From NCBI GenBank assembly GCA_043823195.1, contig JBDRAZ010000055.1:3780-67779 (forward strand): a DNA stretch of 64,000 bases, written 5' to 3'. Position 1 is the first letter of the stretch. Each line of letters opens with the position of its first letter. This DNA comes from an archaeon (GTDB taxonomy: Archaea > Nanobdellota > Nanobdellia > Woesearchaeales > JBDRAZ01). Under the pieces are notes generated by a model, which made no database searches, had not been told where the DNA came from, and saw nothing but the letters and a program-made list of their open reading frames with translations. Of this stretch, positions 1-9,430 are shown one piece after another. The translations under genes and the position numbers were made by a program.

Positions 1-29
1 TCAGGCATCACGGAGAATATGCACACCTT

Positions 30-677
30 ATGAACGAAGTATTTCCCGACAGCTCAGACATACTCTTGTTTCACAGGCTGGGCGGGACAGACCCGAGAAA
101 GATTGCAGAGATCCTCTACGAGAAATTTCCAGAGGCACGGAAGATGCCTGCGTTTACAAGTGTTAAAAGTGTTAATGAAACGGGCTTTGCCTACCTAAGG
201 GATCTGAGGCAGGCGGGCTATAGCAGGTTCCTTGTTGGGATTGAGGCATTTCATGGGCCGATGTCAAGGTTCCTTGGGAAAAATGAAAGCCCATCTGAAA
301 AAGGAGAGGCACTCCTGAAGCTGCTGGAGGCAGGATACAAGGTCAAGCCCATCATGCAGATAATTGACGGCGAGTCATTCAGGCAGGGAGGGAGAGAGGT
401 TAGCATCCGGAACGGTGTGAGGGCTACACTGGAGTATTTCGGCAGGATCATAGATCCGATGAAGCATAAAAATAGGGTCAAGGTGCTCGTATCAGTCACA
501 CAACCCATACCAGGAACACCAATGGCAAGGATGTATGAGAACGGGACAATTACCCCTCACAGCGATCCTGACGGTCTTGAAAAGATGCTTAAGAGCGTGA
601 GGCGGTTTTTCCATAGCAGAGACATTCCAGCTGAAACCGAATACGAGGTCGCGCTGGAAGGCAGGGTAAGGGCATAA
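30..677 (+). CDS. hypothetical protein, probably 5'-partial (reading frame stays open upstream to the window edge)
   Basis: 215-aa ORF from the track. The in-frame upstream codons (positions 3-29) contain no stop. No confident family assignment from the sequence alone. Confidence 0.35.
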   Translation: MNEVFPDSSDILLFHRLGGTDPRKIAEILYEKFPEARKMPAFTSVKSVNETGFAYLRDLRQAGYSRFLVGIEAFHGPMSRFLGKNESPSEKGEALLKLLEAGYKVKPIMQIIDGESFRQGGREVSIRNGVRATLEYFGRIIDPMKHKNRVKVLVSVTQPIPGTPMARMYENGTITPHSDPDGLEKMLKSVRRFFHSRDIPAETEYEVALEGRVRA

Positions 678-716
678 CCATTATAAAAGGAACATTCTTC
701 CGAGGCGTGTGGTGAT

Positions 717-1103
717 ATGATGAAAACAGCATTTATTCTGATTGCATTGTTTCTTGTCGGGTGTGCCGGGCAGGCTCCGGAACCCGGCCTTGCAGCGGCG
801 GATGTGCAGGTGCAACCTGCTGAGGCAGCTGCCCAGGCAAGTCAGCAGCCACAGGGAACTGAGCTCCGGCAGATCAGCGCAGAGGAGCTTTCTATGCACG
901 CAACAAGCGAAGACTGCTGGATTGTGTATGAGGGGCAGGTGTATGACTACACTAATGCACCAAGGCACCCCGAGATGGATAAGGTGTTCTTTGCACATTG
1001 CGGGAAAGAAAGCGGCTTTGAGGAGGGCGCTAAGGCGCGGCATTCAAAGAGCAGTGAAGAGAGGGTTGCGAATTACGGGGACCTTGTCGGACGGCTCGCG
1101 TGA
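717..1103 (+). CDS. putative lipoprotein with a cytochrome b5-like heme/steroid-binding domain
   Basis: N-terminal hydrophobic segment ending in the lipobox-like LVGCAG. The core 'SAEELSMHATSEDCWIVYEGQVYDYTNAPRHPE' resembles the cytochrome b5 fold motif (ELxxHNxxxDCWxxIxGxVYDVTxFxxxHPGG). Confidence 0.4.
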   Translation: MMKTAFILIALFLVGCAGQAPEPGLAAADVQVQPAEAAAQASQQPQGTELRQISAEELSMHATSEDCWIVYEGQVYDYTNAPRHPEMDKVFFAHCGKESGFEEGAKARHSKSSEERVANYGDLVGRLA

Positions 1104-1157
1104 TTCACGGTAAATCAGCGCAAGGTTTATATAGTAAGTATTCAAAAGTAGTGAAAA

Positions 1158-1784
1158 ATGTACAAAACACTCGTTACTGATATCGATGGGGTGCTGCTGC
1201 GCGGAGATTTCCTCGGCCACATGGCAGAGCAGTTTGGCGTAGACTGGGCGGTTCTGAGGGAAGCGGTCTGCGAGCCTAGAGCAAGGCTTGCTGTCAGGAC
1301 AATCGGTGATGAGCCAGAATACTGGGCGCAGGTCGCCGAGAGAGCAGGAATTTCCGAGGAACTCGGGCCCCACTTCAATGCTGATGCATGGCAGAAGGCT
1401 TATGCTGAGACTGCATGCAGGAACGAAAAGTATTTTCAGATGCTGCAGCGCCTGAAGGAAGAGGGTGCTTTCGACCAGGTAGTGGCGCTGTCAAACAGCT
1501 TCCCGCACAGGGTAGATGTGTATGAGAGCGAGCACATCCGCCTTGCCGATGTAGTCGACCACCTTGCCCTGTCGCACAGGCTTGTTGCACTTAAGCCTGA
1601 TCCGGAGGCATTTCATTCTGCGAACAGGCAATTTGAAATCGACCCGGTAAGATCATTGTTCGTTGATGATACCAGGGCAAATACCAGTGCTGCCGAAGGG
1701 ATCTACGGCAATGTCATGTGGTATGCAAGGCCCTGTAAGTTGGCAGACCAGGTCGTTGAAAGAAGAATTAAGGAACTGGGCTAG
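1158..1784 (+). CDS. HAD-superfamily hydrolase
   Basis: The N-terminal 'VTDIDGVLL' is HAD motif I (DxDGV/T). Length 208 aa is typical. Confidence 0.55.
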   Translation: MYKTLVTDIDGVLLRGDFLGHMAEQFGVDWAVLREAVCEPRARLAVRTIGDEPEYWAQVAERAGISEELGPHFNADAWQKAYAETACRNEKYFQMLQRLKEEGAFDQVVALSNSFPHRVDVYESEHIRLADVVDHLALSHRLVALKPDPEAFHSANRQFEIDPVRSLFVDDTRANTSAAEGIYGNVMWYARPCKLADQVVERRIKELG

Positions 1785-2488
1785 ATCTGATTTTTGGGAT
1801 CAGTCGGTTCCATCTGCTTTTTTTCCAGAGGGATGAATTGCTGCGGCTCAGTTGCCTCGCCCCGCCAATCAATGAATCTTCTCGTTAGGGTCCTGAATTC
1901 GTCAGGCTCAAATTCCGGAAAGCCTTCAATGGGAAGGTCGACCGGTTTTCTGTTCCAGTACGGCACAGCATAGGCGACGGTGTCACCGTCAGCAAGATAG
2001 ACCTCGTATTTTGCGGGGGTGTTGATGTTCACCCGGCTTAGGCCACCCATCAACGGCCACGTGATCTCAATATCCCCAATGTGCGCCTGAAGATTCGTCA
2101 GGGGCCTGCCGGTCATGGTTGTCCCGATGAAATGCGTGAGAATATAGACCGGGCTCCGGCCCCTCATCATATCCCCCATAATCTCGAGGCTGTCTTCTGG
2201 ATCTGCACCAGAATAAAAGTATTGGCCGTTTGTGAGATTCATAACAAGATTCGGTGAGGGCGTATAGGGCAAGCCTGATTCAGGAACAACGCGGTATTCA
2301 AGAGTTGAGTCAAGGAATGCCTCGAGGCCGGGGCCGGGAGGGATGTCAAGATACTGCGGACCCCCACGACCGGCAATCGATTCAGCTACCGGCGTTTGAG
2401 CTTTCCATGAGGCCAGCACCTCATCATGCGTAACAGGCGGAAGATCGCCGAACGGGGTAAAAAGAGTGAACAAGGTTCCAAATGGCAT
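1781..2488 (-). CDS. hypothetical protein
   Basis: 235-aa ORF. Start and stop abut neighbouring genes. No recognisable motif. Confidence 0.35.
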   Translation of the reverse strand: MPFGTLFTLFTPFGDLPPVTHDEVLASWKAQTPVAESIAGRGGPQYLDIPPGPGLEAFLDSTLEYRVVPESGLPYTPSPNLVMNLTNGQYFYSGADPEDSLEIMGDMMRGRSPVYILTHFIGTTMTGRPLTNLQAHIGDIEITWPLMGGLSRVNINTPAKYEVYLADGDTVAYAVPYWNRKPVDLPIEGFPEFEPDEFRTLTRRFIDWRGEATEPQQFIPLEKKQMEPTDPKNQI

Positions 2489-2624
2489 TTTGATACCTGG
2501 TAATCCCCTTCATTTTTTAAAGTTTACTACTTTAAGGTGAAGCTGGGCTTGTTATCTCGTCTGGGTCGGTAAATCCTGCCTTAAAAACCAACATTTAAAT
2601 ATGACCTGAAAACTATCAAAACCC

Positions 2625-3365
2625 ATGTTTGAATCATTTATTAACCCGCTTCTTGCGCCGCTTCTGGATTTGCCGCCTTTGGCGTCGATTACGATAATTG
2701 CGCTGGGCATTTCCATCCTGATAACTCTGGTCTACAGATGGATGACTGACCAGGATCTCATGAAGTCCCTTAAGGATGAGATGAAAAAGCTCCAGAAGGA
2801 GATGAAGGAGCTCAAGCACGACCCCAAGAAGATGATGGCTGTCCAGAAGCAGGCAATGGAAAAGAACATGAAGTACATGATGCATTCCATGAAGCCGACA
2901 CTCATCACCTTCCTTCCAATCATCATAATATTCGGCTGGCTGAACGGCCACCTGGCTTTCCATCCTATTGCGCCTGGCCAGGAATTTACAACAACCCTGA
3001 TTGCAAAGACGGGCGGAAGCGTAACAATAACTGTCCCGGAGGGTGTTGAGATCATTGGGGGTGCAGTCCAGGAGATTAAGAACGGGCTGGCGGTATGGAC
3101 ACTTAAGGGAGAGGCAGGCCAATACCTGCTGGAATATGATATGGACGGGAGAACCTATACCAAAGAGCTCCTGATAACTGAGGAAAGGGCGTATAAAACG
3201 CCGGTTGAGAAGAAGAAAGACGATTATGTGGCAAGCATCAGCATAGATAATGAGAAGATCAGGCCGCTTAACCTATTTGGCTGGAGGCTTGGCTGGCTGG
3301 GTACCTACATCATACTGTCAATCGTATTTTCTATGACGCTGAGAAAAATACTCAAATTGCACTAG
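2625..3365 (+). CDS. DUF106 / archaeal Oxa1-YidC-EMC3-like membrane insertase
   Basis: N-terminal TM helix, a lysine/methionine-rich coiled region (KDEMKKLQKEMKELKHDPKKMMAVQKQAMEKNMKYMM) and a second TM helix (ITFLPIIIIFGWLNG). This is the hallmark architecture of the DUF106 family. Confidence 0.65.
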   Translation: MFESFINPLLAPLLDLPPLASITIIALGISILITLVYRWMTDQDLMKSLKDEMKKLQKEMKELKHDPKKMMAVQKQAMEKNMKYMMHSMKPTLITFLPIIIIFGWLNGHLAFHPIAPGQEFTTTLIAKTGGSVTITVPEGVEIIGGAVQEIKNGLAVWTLKGEAGQYLLEYDMDGRTYTKELLITEERAYKTPVEKKKDDYVASISIDNEKIRPLNLFGWRLGWLGTYIILSIVFSMTLRKILKLH

Positions 3366-3442
3366 TGTCGAGGTGTATTGGGTTAGATTTAAATACTACC
3401 TCTTGCTTCCAGCCTTAATAATCATAAAAAACAGAAGAAAAA

Positions 3443-3709
3443 ATGCCATCAGGAAGACATAAATCAAGATCGCTAAGGAAAATCACGCAAAAGGCTTCCG
3501 GGGGACGGACTGTAGTACAGTATAAACCCAGGAAACCGGGAAAGGCGAAATGCGCAGAGTGCAGTTCATTGCTCCATGGCGTCCCAAGGGAACGGCCTGT
3601 TAGAATGATGAACCTGCCCAAGACAAAGAAAAGGCCGGAAAGGCCTTACGGCGGTGTGCTCTGCAGCAAGTGCCTGAGAAAAAGAATAGTTGATTCAGTA
3701 AGAAAATGA
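3443..3709 (+). CDS. rpl34e: 50S ribosomal protein L34e
   Basis: 88-aa basic protein 'MPSGRHKSRSLRKIT...CAECSSLLHGVP...CSKC' with the zinc-ribbon CxxC...CxxC arrangement and N-terminus typical of L34e. Confidence 0.85.
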   Translation: MPSGRHKSRSLRKITQKASGGRTVVQYKPRKPGKAKCAECSSLLHGVPRERPVRMMNLPKTKKRPERPYGGVLCSKCLRKRIVDSVRK

Positions 3710-4218
3710 TAGAAGTAGGAAGATTATGCGTTAAGATTGCCGGACGGGAAGCCGGCAAGAAATGCCTGATAGTTGATGTAATTGATGATAATTTTGTTCT
3801 TATAGACGGCCAGGTCAGGCGCAAGAAGTGCAACATCAAGCACCTTGAGGCACTTGACAAGGTTGTTAAGATCAACAAGAAAGCCTCACATGATACGGTG
3901 GTCGATGAGCTCAAGAAGCTTAAGATAAAGGTTGCAAAGACCAAGCCTAAAAAGGCGGCGGAAAGGCCACGAAAGAAGAGAAAGACGCCTGAAGAGCTCC
4001 GTGCCAAAAGAGAGGAGCGGAAAAAGGAAAAAGAGGCTGCCAAGGCAGCAGTCGAAGAGAAGGTCGAAGCCGAGGAAAAGAAGGCTGAAGAGGCAGTAAA
4101 GGCTGCTGAAGCCAAGCCTGAAAAGACCGGCAAAGCAAAGGCTGCCAAAGCTGCACCTGCGAAGAAGCAGATGAAAGAGGCCAGGACAAAAGACCCCGGC
4201 CAGATTAAGAAGTCCTAA
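3706..4218 (+). CDS. rpl14e: 50S ribosomal protein L14e (KOW domain) with an ~85-aa Lys/Ala/Glu-rich C-terminal extension
   Basis: 'MIEVGRLCVKIAGREAGKKCLIVDVIDDNFVLIDG' is the L14e KOW core. The C-terminal half is a low-complexity K/A/E tail (…AKAAKAAPAKKQ…). The start overlaps the L34e stop. Confidence 0.8.
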   Translation: MIEVGRLCVKIAGREAGKKCLIVDVIDDNFVLIDGQVRRKKCNIKHLEALDKVVKINKKASHDTVVDELKKLKIKVAKTKPKKAAERPRKKRKTPEELRAKREERKKEKEAAKAAVEEKVEAEEKKAEEAVKAAEAKPEKTGKAKAAKAAPAKKQMKEARTKDPGQIKKS

Positions 4219-4646
4219 TTGTCCCGCTGGTAGCCTTGCGGATAATTTTCTTCGTTGCGCCGGTGGGTGTTTCTGAGAGCGGACATTGCCTCATCGCTTA
4301 TCACTATGCCCTCTTCTCCCTGTTTTGCCTGAGCTTCACTAACCAGGCGATCCCATCCCCGGGTCTGCTGGTTACGGACAAACGCACTGTCAAGCGATAC
4401 ATCAGCAAATGTGCTCAGCAGGCCATCAAGATAACCATCAACGGTCCTGTAGGCCCCACCGTCGCTTCCTGTGTGCAACTGCACATTGCTGTTATCCGGC
4501 AAGACCTGAAGTCCGTCCAATCGGAGGGCTTCAAAGGCAGCCACCTGTTTTGCATCCTGCATATTGCCAATCTGGACCTTTGCATAATAGCCTGCGCCAA
4601 GAATTACGATTCCCGCCAGCCCGGCAAGCATCCCCCTATGAACCAT
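4215..4646 (-). CDS. hypothetical membrane-anchored protein
   Basis: 143-aa ORF with an N-terminal hydrophobic helix (MLAGLAGIVILGAGYY). No family recognised. Confidence 0.3.
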   Translation of the reverse strand: MVHRGMLAGLAGIVILGAGYYAKVQIGNMQDAKQVAAFEALRLDGLQVLPDNSNVQLHTGSDGGAYRTVDGYLDGLLSTFADVSLDSAFVRNQQTRGWDRLVSEAQAKQGEEGIVISDEAMSALRNTHRRNEENYPQGYQRDN

Positions 4647-4682
4647 AGTACCACCCGCTAACCACCCAAGAGTAGCAAGTAT

Positions 4683-6344
4683 TTAAATGTTGCGGGGCTC
4701 CCGGTACTGGCTATACAGATCCGTAAGGTTCAGTTCCAGCACTGCAACCGGCATAACCAGGCCCCAGTTTGCCAGGACTCCGGGATGTATCTCACCAATG
4801 TAAGCTATGTTCTGGCCCCGGTAAGATACCCTTCCAACCCTTCCGGAAATGAATGAGCCGTGGGTGGTTTCCTCAATGCCATACTTGATGTCAAGGGCGT
4901 TTGCCAGGTAGTCCAGGACCTGTTTTATCTTTGTAAAATCTGCACCCTTATCGCAAAGGGCAATGCACAGCCGTGCTGCCTCATCGACACCGGTCTCGGC
5001 ATTTCCTTTCCTGAAGACCACCCCGATATCGAATATGTTCTGGGGATACTCGTGGTGCTTGTTTTCAGACAGCACCTGCAGCAGCATCGGAGTCATCCAG
5101 GCCCGGAGTGCGTTGTGTTCTGCGGTGAGGGCGTTTGAGAGCTCAACAAGCTTCAGGTCAGAGTTCATTCGGTCACACTGGAACTCCCTGTTTGTAATAT
5201 GATATGTATTTAGCTCCAGGAATCCCAGGCCTACGAGGATATTTGCAACCCTGGCCTTAAACTTTTCAAATGGGTCCTCCTGGGCAACCGTAGGAACCCT
5301 GGGCATCTCGGGCTTAATATTATCAAAACCGTATGCAATGGCGATATCCTCCGCCAGATCGCAGGGGTGGAGAATATCTGCCCGGTAGGCAGGTATCTTA
5401 ACAGTGCTGCGGGAGTATGAATAACCCATCCTCTCAAGATATTTCTTCATATCCTTTTCAGTAAGGCCAAGCCCGAGCAGCTTGTTAACCTGAACCGGAT
5501 CAAGCTTCATCTCCTCGGGCGTAAGGTCCGGTGAAGTGTATCTCTTATCTGGATACACCAGATCCATCGATAGTATCTTCCCGCCCATGTCCGCTAGAGC
5601 TGTCACAATTATGTTTAAGCATTTTCTGAGGACCTTGAAATCGTGGCCTGAGCATTCTATGAAAACTTCGGTGGTCTGTTCAGTGACCTTCCCTGTCAGA
5701 TGCGAGTTAATGATTGGCGGGACTGAAAGCACGCTGCCATTTGCATCAATAAAGACCGGGAACAGCTCCAGGCCCTCAAGAAGATGGCCGTATTCCCTTC
5801 CTGCGGGGTGCTGCGACAGGATCTGCCTTGCGTTTATCTCCCTGGGAAACTCAAGCGGCCTGAATACTATGTCTTCCGGCCTTTTTGCAGCAAAGTGTAC
5901 AGGATATTTTATCTTGTCGCCCGGGTAAATGCCGATTGCCGCCTTTTTCCTGTGCCTGCCGAACGTCACATGGAGCTTTTCCTGGATCTGGACAACCTCG
6001 CGTATCTTTTCATCATCGAATACCAGGTTCTTCACAATTGCGCAGGCAGTATAGGGCCGGACCTTTTTTACTGACTTTTCCACGATAAGCTTTTCGCCGC
6101 TCTTCTCAATCGCGTATGCGCGCAGGCCTGTTTGAACGCCAATGAAGCTTGAGAATGCCCTCGCAAAACCCTGCTCGGAGAGCATGTCCGGCCTGTCAGG
6201 GAAGACCTCTACATTGATCTCTGAGCCCTTGATTCCCTCAAGGTCTGTTCCCAGGTAGCTTATCCTGTCTTTCAGCTTTTCAAGAGGCAGTTTCCTCCCA
6301 ACAAGCTTTTCAAAGACCTTTTTGTTTAGTGTTACTGACGGCAT
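4683..6344 (-). CDS. pheT: phenylalanine--tRNA ligase beta subunit, archaeal type
   Basis: 553 aa. The N-terminus 'MPSVTLNKKVFEKLVGRKLPLEKLKDRISYLGTDLEG' matches the B3/B4 domain of archaeal PheT. It lies immediately downstream of pheS. Confidence 0.9.
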   Translation of the reverse strand: MPSVTLNKKVFEKLVGRKLPLEKLKDRISYLGTDLEGIKGSEINVEVFPDRPDMLSEQGFARAFSSFIGVQTGLRAYAIEKSGEKLIVEKSVKKVRPYTACAIVKNLVFDDEKIREVVQIQEKLHVTFGRHRKKAAIGIYPGDKIKYPVHFAAKRPEDIVFRPLEFPREINARQILSQHPAGREYGHLLEGLELFPVFIDANGSVLSVPPIINSHLTGKVTEQTTEVFIECSGHDFKVLRKCLNIIVTALADMGGKILSMDLVYPDKRYTSPDLTPEEMKLDPVQVNKLLGLGLTEKDMKKYLERMGYSYSRSTVKIPAYRADILHPCDLAEDIAIAYGFDNIKPEMPRVPTVAQEDPFEKFKARVANILVGLGFLELNTYHITNREFQCDRMNSDLKLVELSNALTAEHNALRAWMTPMLLQVLSENKHHEYPQNIFDIGVVFRKGNAETGVDEAARLCIALCDKGADFTKIKQVLDYLANALDIKYGIEETTHGSFISGRVGRVSYRGQNIAYIGEIHPGVLANWGLVMPVAVLELNLTDLYSQYREPRNI

Positions 6345-7873
6345 TATCTCATCCAGCTCTTTATCTCCCTCAGCTGCCTGAGGTCATTCTTGTAAAGCTC
6401 ACGAATGTCATCCATTCCGTAATACATCGGTACAAGCCTGGACAGCCCCAGGCCCCACGCCAGAACCGGCACAGCTTTTCCCAGCAGCGGCTTGACCAGT
6501 TCAGGGCGGAACATGCCTGAGCCCGCAAGCTCAATCCATCGCCTGTGCCGCGGGTCATAGATATCCACCTCGGCACTGGGTTCTGTGTACGGAAAATAGG
6601 CCGGCCTTATCCTGACCTTATAGCCCATCTTTTTGAAAAACTCCTTAAGATAGCCAACAAGATGCTTGAAGTTTGCATCTGGATCGACCACAATGCCTTC
6701 AACCTGGTTGAACTCAAACAGGTGGCTCCAGTCAAGGGTCTCGTTCCGGAAGCACTTGCCAACAGCAAAATACTTTGCCGGAAGGCCGCTTTCCTTAAGC
6801 TTTGCAATGGTCTGTGCGCTCAGGACAGTTGTATGGGTCCTCATGACATTTTCCTTCGCAAGTTCAGGGTTCCAGGAATATTCCCAGCCCTTGCTGCCCG
6901 TGGTCCAGCCGTTTTCGTGGGTTTTCTGGACATTGGACACAAGCGATGCCGCAGGAAGTTTTCCCTTCGCAGGATTCCTGACATAAAAGGTGTCCTGGAG
7001 GTCGCGCGTGGGGTGGTCCTGGGCAGTGAACAGCGCATCAAAGTTCCAGAAGGATGTCTGCACCATGGGGCCCGTCATTTCCTTAAAGCCAAGCTCCAGC
7101 CAGATTTTCTTGACATATTCAGTGACTTCCCTGACAAAATGCCTTCTGCCGCCCGAGATCCTCGGCACATTGATCCTGATATCATAACTCCTGAAATCCT
7201 TGCCCTTCCAGCTGCCGGACTTTAGCATTGCCGGCGTGATGGAATCAACAACATCGGTTTTCAGGGCGGTTTTCTGGAGTGCCTCCCCGATCGGGGTGAG
7301 CCTGGCAGACCTTAACTTTATGACATCTTCCCGGACTATGTTTTTTCGTTTTTTCAGCGCCTCAAACGCAAACTTTTCCTCTGGCCCGAGCGATGATGCA
7401 TCACGGGGGAAGCCCGCCCTCAGGAAGGATTCTTCAAGGAATCCGCCTTCAAGAAGCCTTTTGCCGTTTGGGTTGATCGAAATAATCAGGCCCGCGTCCT
7501 TTTTAATGTCAATTGCGGCCTTTGATTTCAGAAGGCCGATGCAGATGTTAATCTCATCGCGCGAAAGCCCAGATCCCCCAAGTTCTTCAAGCGCAAGGGG
7601 TTTATCCCTGACCGCCTCAAGAAACTTTCTTTCAGGAAGGCCCTCCCTGGTGTACTTTTTTCCGTTTGAATCCAGGTTAATTACCTCTTTTATCTCCTGA
7701 GAGAGCTCGATTACACCCTTATTCTGCAGCCATTGCAGGGCGCGCATAACCTCAACATCCTTGAGCCCTGTGGCCCTGACTATATCGTCAAAGGACGTAT
7801 TAGCGGAGATTTTTGGGAGAACCTCCCTTTCCAGGGGATGAAGCTTTGCGCTCAGTGCGTCAAGATCTGTCAT
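6344..7873 (-). CDS. pheS: phenylalanine--tRNA ligase alpha subunit, archaeal type
   Basis: Class II aaRS motifs are present (…FNFDALFTAQDHPTRDLQDTFY…, …FRNETLDWSHLFEFNQVEG…). The start is set at the internal Met (MTDLDALSAKL…, ATG at 7871-7873). The longer track ORF would overlap pheA. Confidence 0.9.
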   Translation of the reverse strand: MTDLDALSAKLHPLEREVLPKISANTSFDDIVRATGLKDVEVMRALQWLQNKGVIELSQEIKEVINLDSNGKKYTREGLPERKFLEAVRDKPLALEELGGSGLSRDEINICIGLLKSKAAIDIKKDAGLIISINPNGKRLLEGGFLEESFLRAGFPRDASSLGPEEKFAFEALKKRKNIVREDVIKLRSARLTPIGEALQKTALKTDVVDSITPAMLKSGSWKGKDFRSYDIRINVPRISGGRRHFVREVTEYVKKIWLELGFKEMTGPMVQTSFWNFDALFTAQDHPTRDLQDTFYVRNPAKGKLPAASLVSNVQKTHENGWTTGSKGWEYSWNPELAKENVMRTHTTVLSAQTIAKLKESGLPAKYFAVGKCFRNETLDWSHLFEFNQVEGIVVDPDANFKHLVGYLKEFFKKMGYKVRIRPAYFPYTEPSAEVDIYDPRHRRWIELAGSGMFRPELVKPLLGKAVPVLAWGLGLSRLVPMYYGMDDIRELYKNDLRQLREIKSWMR

Positions 7874-7895
7874 TAGTATTGCCAAATTATCAGCT

Positions 7896-8720
7896 TTATT
7901 TATATTTATTCCTTCGGGACGGATATGAGCCAAGGACCTTTGCAAAAGATGTATACTTATCCAGCTGGTCCAGCGCGCCCCTGACAAGCTCATCCTCTAT
8001 ATGCCCCACGAAGTCAAGATAAAACAGGTAGTTCCAGGACCTGTGCCTGACCGGGCGGGACTCCACCTTGGTCAGGTTGATTCCCTTGTTTGCAAAGCAG
8101 CCGAGGCAATTGTAGAGCGCTCCGGGGATGTCCTTTGTATTGAAGACAACAGAGGTCTTTGAACTCTTATGGTGCTCTGAAGATTTATTTTTTGAAATGA
8201 CCAGGAACCTGGTTGTGTTCTCCTTGTCAGTCTCGATGCCCTTCTCCAGGATGACCAGGCTGTAAAGCTCTGCCGCCAGTTCGCTTGCGATGGCCGCTTC
8301 ATTGGCAGACCCTTTCTTTTTAATAAGCCTTGCGCTCTCGGCTGTATCGCTTGTTGCTAACTGCTGAAATCTGTGCTGTGAAAGGAATGCCCGGCACTGC
8401 TGCAGGGCCTGGGGATGCGAGCAGACCTTTTTTATGCCTTCAAGTTTTGCCCCCTGGTTTGCAAGCAGGCAATGGACAACCCTGAAGTAGATTTCATCCA
8501 CAATGAAAAGCCCGCGCTCCAGAAGCAGGTCATAGTTCTCGGTAATGCTTCCGGCGTGAGAGTTTTCGATCGGAATCACGCCCAGATCAACTGCACCTGT
8601 TTCAACTGCGCCAAAAACATCTGCAAAGGTCTTGCAGGGCACAGCGGAAACCCTTCCGAAATGCTGGAATATCGCCGCCTCGCTGTATGCGCCAGCCTCC
8701 CCCTGGAATGCGATCTTCAT
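7896..8720 (-). CDS. pheA: prephenate dehydratase (PDT + ACT domains)
   Basis: 'MKIAFQGEAGAYSEAA…' PDT domain followed by a C-terminal ACT-like region. No chorismate-mutase domain is present. Confidence 0.85.
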   Translation of the reverse strand: MKIAFQGEAGAYSEAAIFQHFGRVSAVPCKTFADVFGAVETGAVDLGVIPIENSHAGSITENYDLLLERGLFIVDEIYFRVVHCLLANQGAKLEGIKKVCSHPQALQQCRAFLSQHRFQQLATSDTAESARLIKKKGSANEAAIASELAAELYSLVILEKGIETDKENTTRFLVISKNKSSEHHKSSKTSVVFNTKDIPGALYNCLGCFANKGINLTKVESRPVRHRSWNYLFYLDFVGHIEDELVRGALDQLDKYTSFAKVLGSYPSRRNKYK

Positions 8721-9430
8721 AGTGATTCATCTATGCCCTGCAGGGTCCTTATCAGGCGTTTCCTGATCCCGGCTGCAAAGCGGTTGTATTTGTTCATATC
8801 ACGGAACAGCTCCATGGAGTCGTTCTGAACTGAGTTCAGGATCTTCAGGAGTGCGTTGTAGCCAACCGTATCAATGTCCTGCGGCCCGACACCCAGCTCA
8901 ATCATTGCCCGGCCGATAAGATGAACAAAGTTGAGTGAGTGCGCGATTGCCCTGTCATGCTCTTCAGCTGTTGCGACAATAACTTCAAGGCCCTTTTTCC
9001 GAAGATATGCCGCAATGGGCCTTTCATCTATGCGGACCGGGCACAGAACGATCTTTCTGCCAGCCAGGGTTTTTGCTGCGCTGTCCGGCCCGAAAAGCGG
9101 ATGGGTGCCCAGAATCCGGACGTGTTCAGGAAGATGCTTCTGCATAAGGGAGACCGGAACCTCTTTTACTGAACAGGTGTCGATCACTGTGGCGCCGGCC
9201 TTGAGATGCGGCCCGATCCTTTTCAGTGTTGCCTCCATTGCTGAAATCGGAACAGAAAGGATGACAATGTCCTGTGATGCAGCATCTTCTACCGGCGCAA
9301 AGGCAACGCCCATCCTTCGCGCTTCTGCCCCGCGATCGGTTCTGCTGGATGCCACTACATAAAAATCTGCTTTCAGGTGGCGGGCTGCGAGTTTGCCGAA
9401 CCTTCCGAAGCCGATTATCCCTATCCTCAT
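8717..9430 (-). CDS. tyrA: prephenate dehydrogenase
   Basis: N-terminal Rossmann motif 'MRIGIIGFGRFGKLAARHL'. Length 237 aa. Operon context between aroC and pheA. Confidence 0.8.
   Translation of the reverse strand: MRIGIIGFGRFGKLAARHLKADFYVVASSRTDRGAEARRMGVAFAPVEDAASQDIVILSVPISAMEATLKRIGPHLKAGATVIDTCSVKEVPVSLMQKHLPEHVRILGTHPLFGPDSAAKTLAGRKIVLCPVRIDERPIAAYLRKKGLEVIVATAEEHDRAIAHSLNFVHLIGRAMIELGVGPQDIDTVGYNALLKILNSVQNDSMELFRDMNKYNRFAAGIRKRLIRTLQGIDESL

Noticed and set aside
742-1113. Alternative-frame 123-aa ORF overlapping the 717..1103 lipoprotein gene
   Set aside because: The 717 frame yields a signal peptide/lipobox and a cytochrome-b5-like motif. The 742 frame yields an Arg-rich low-complexity product.
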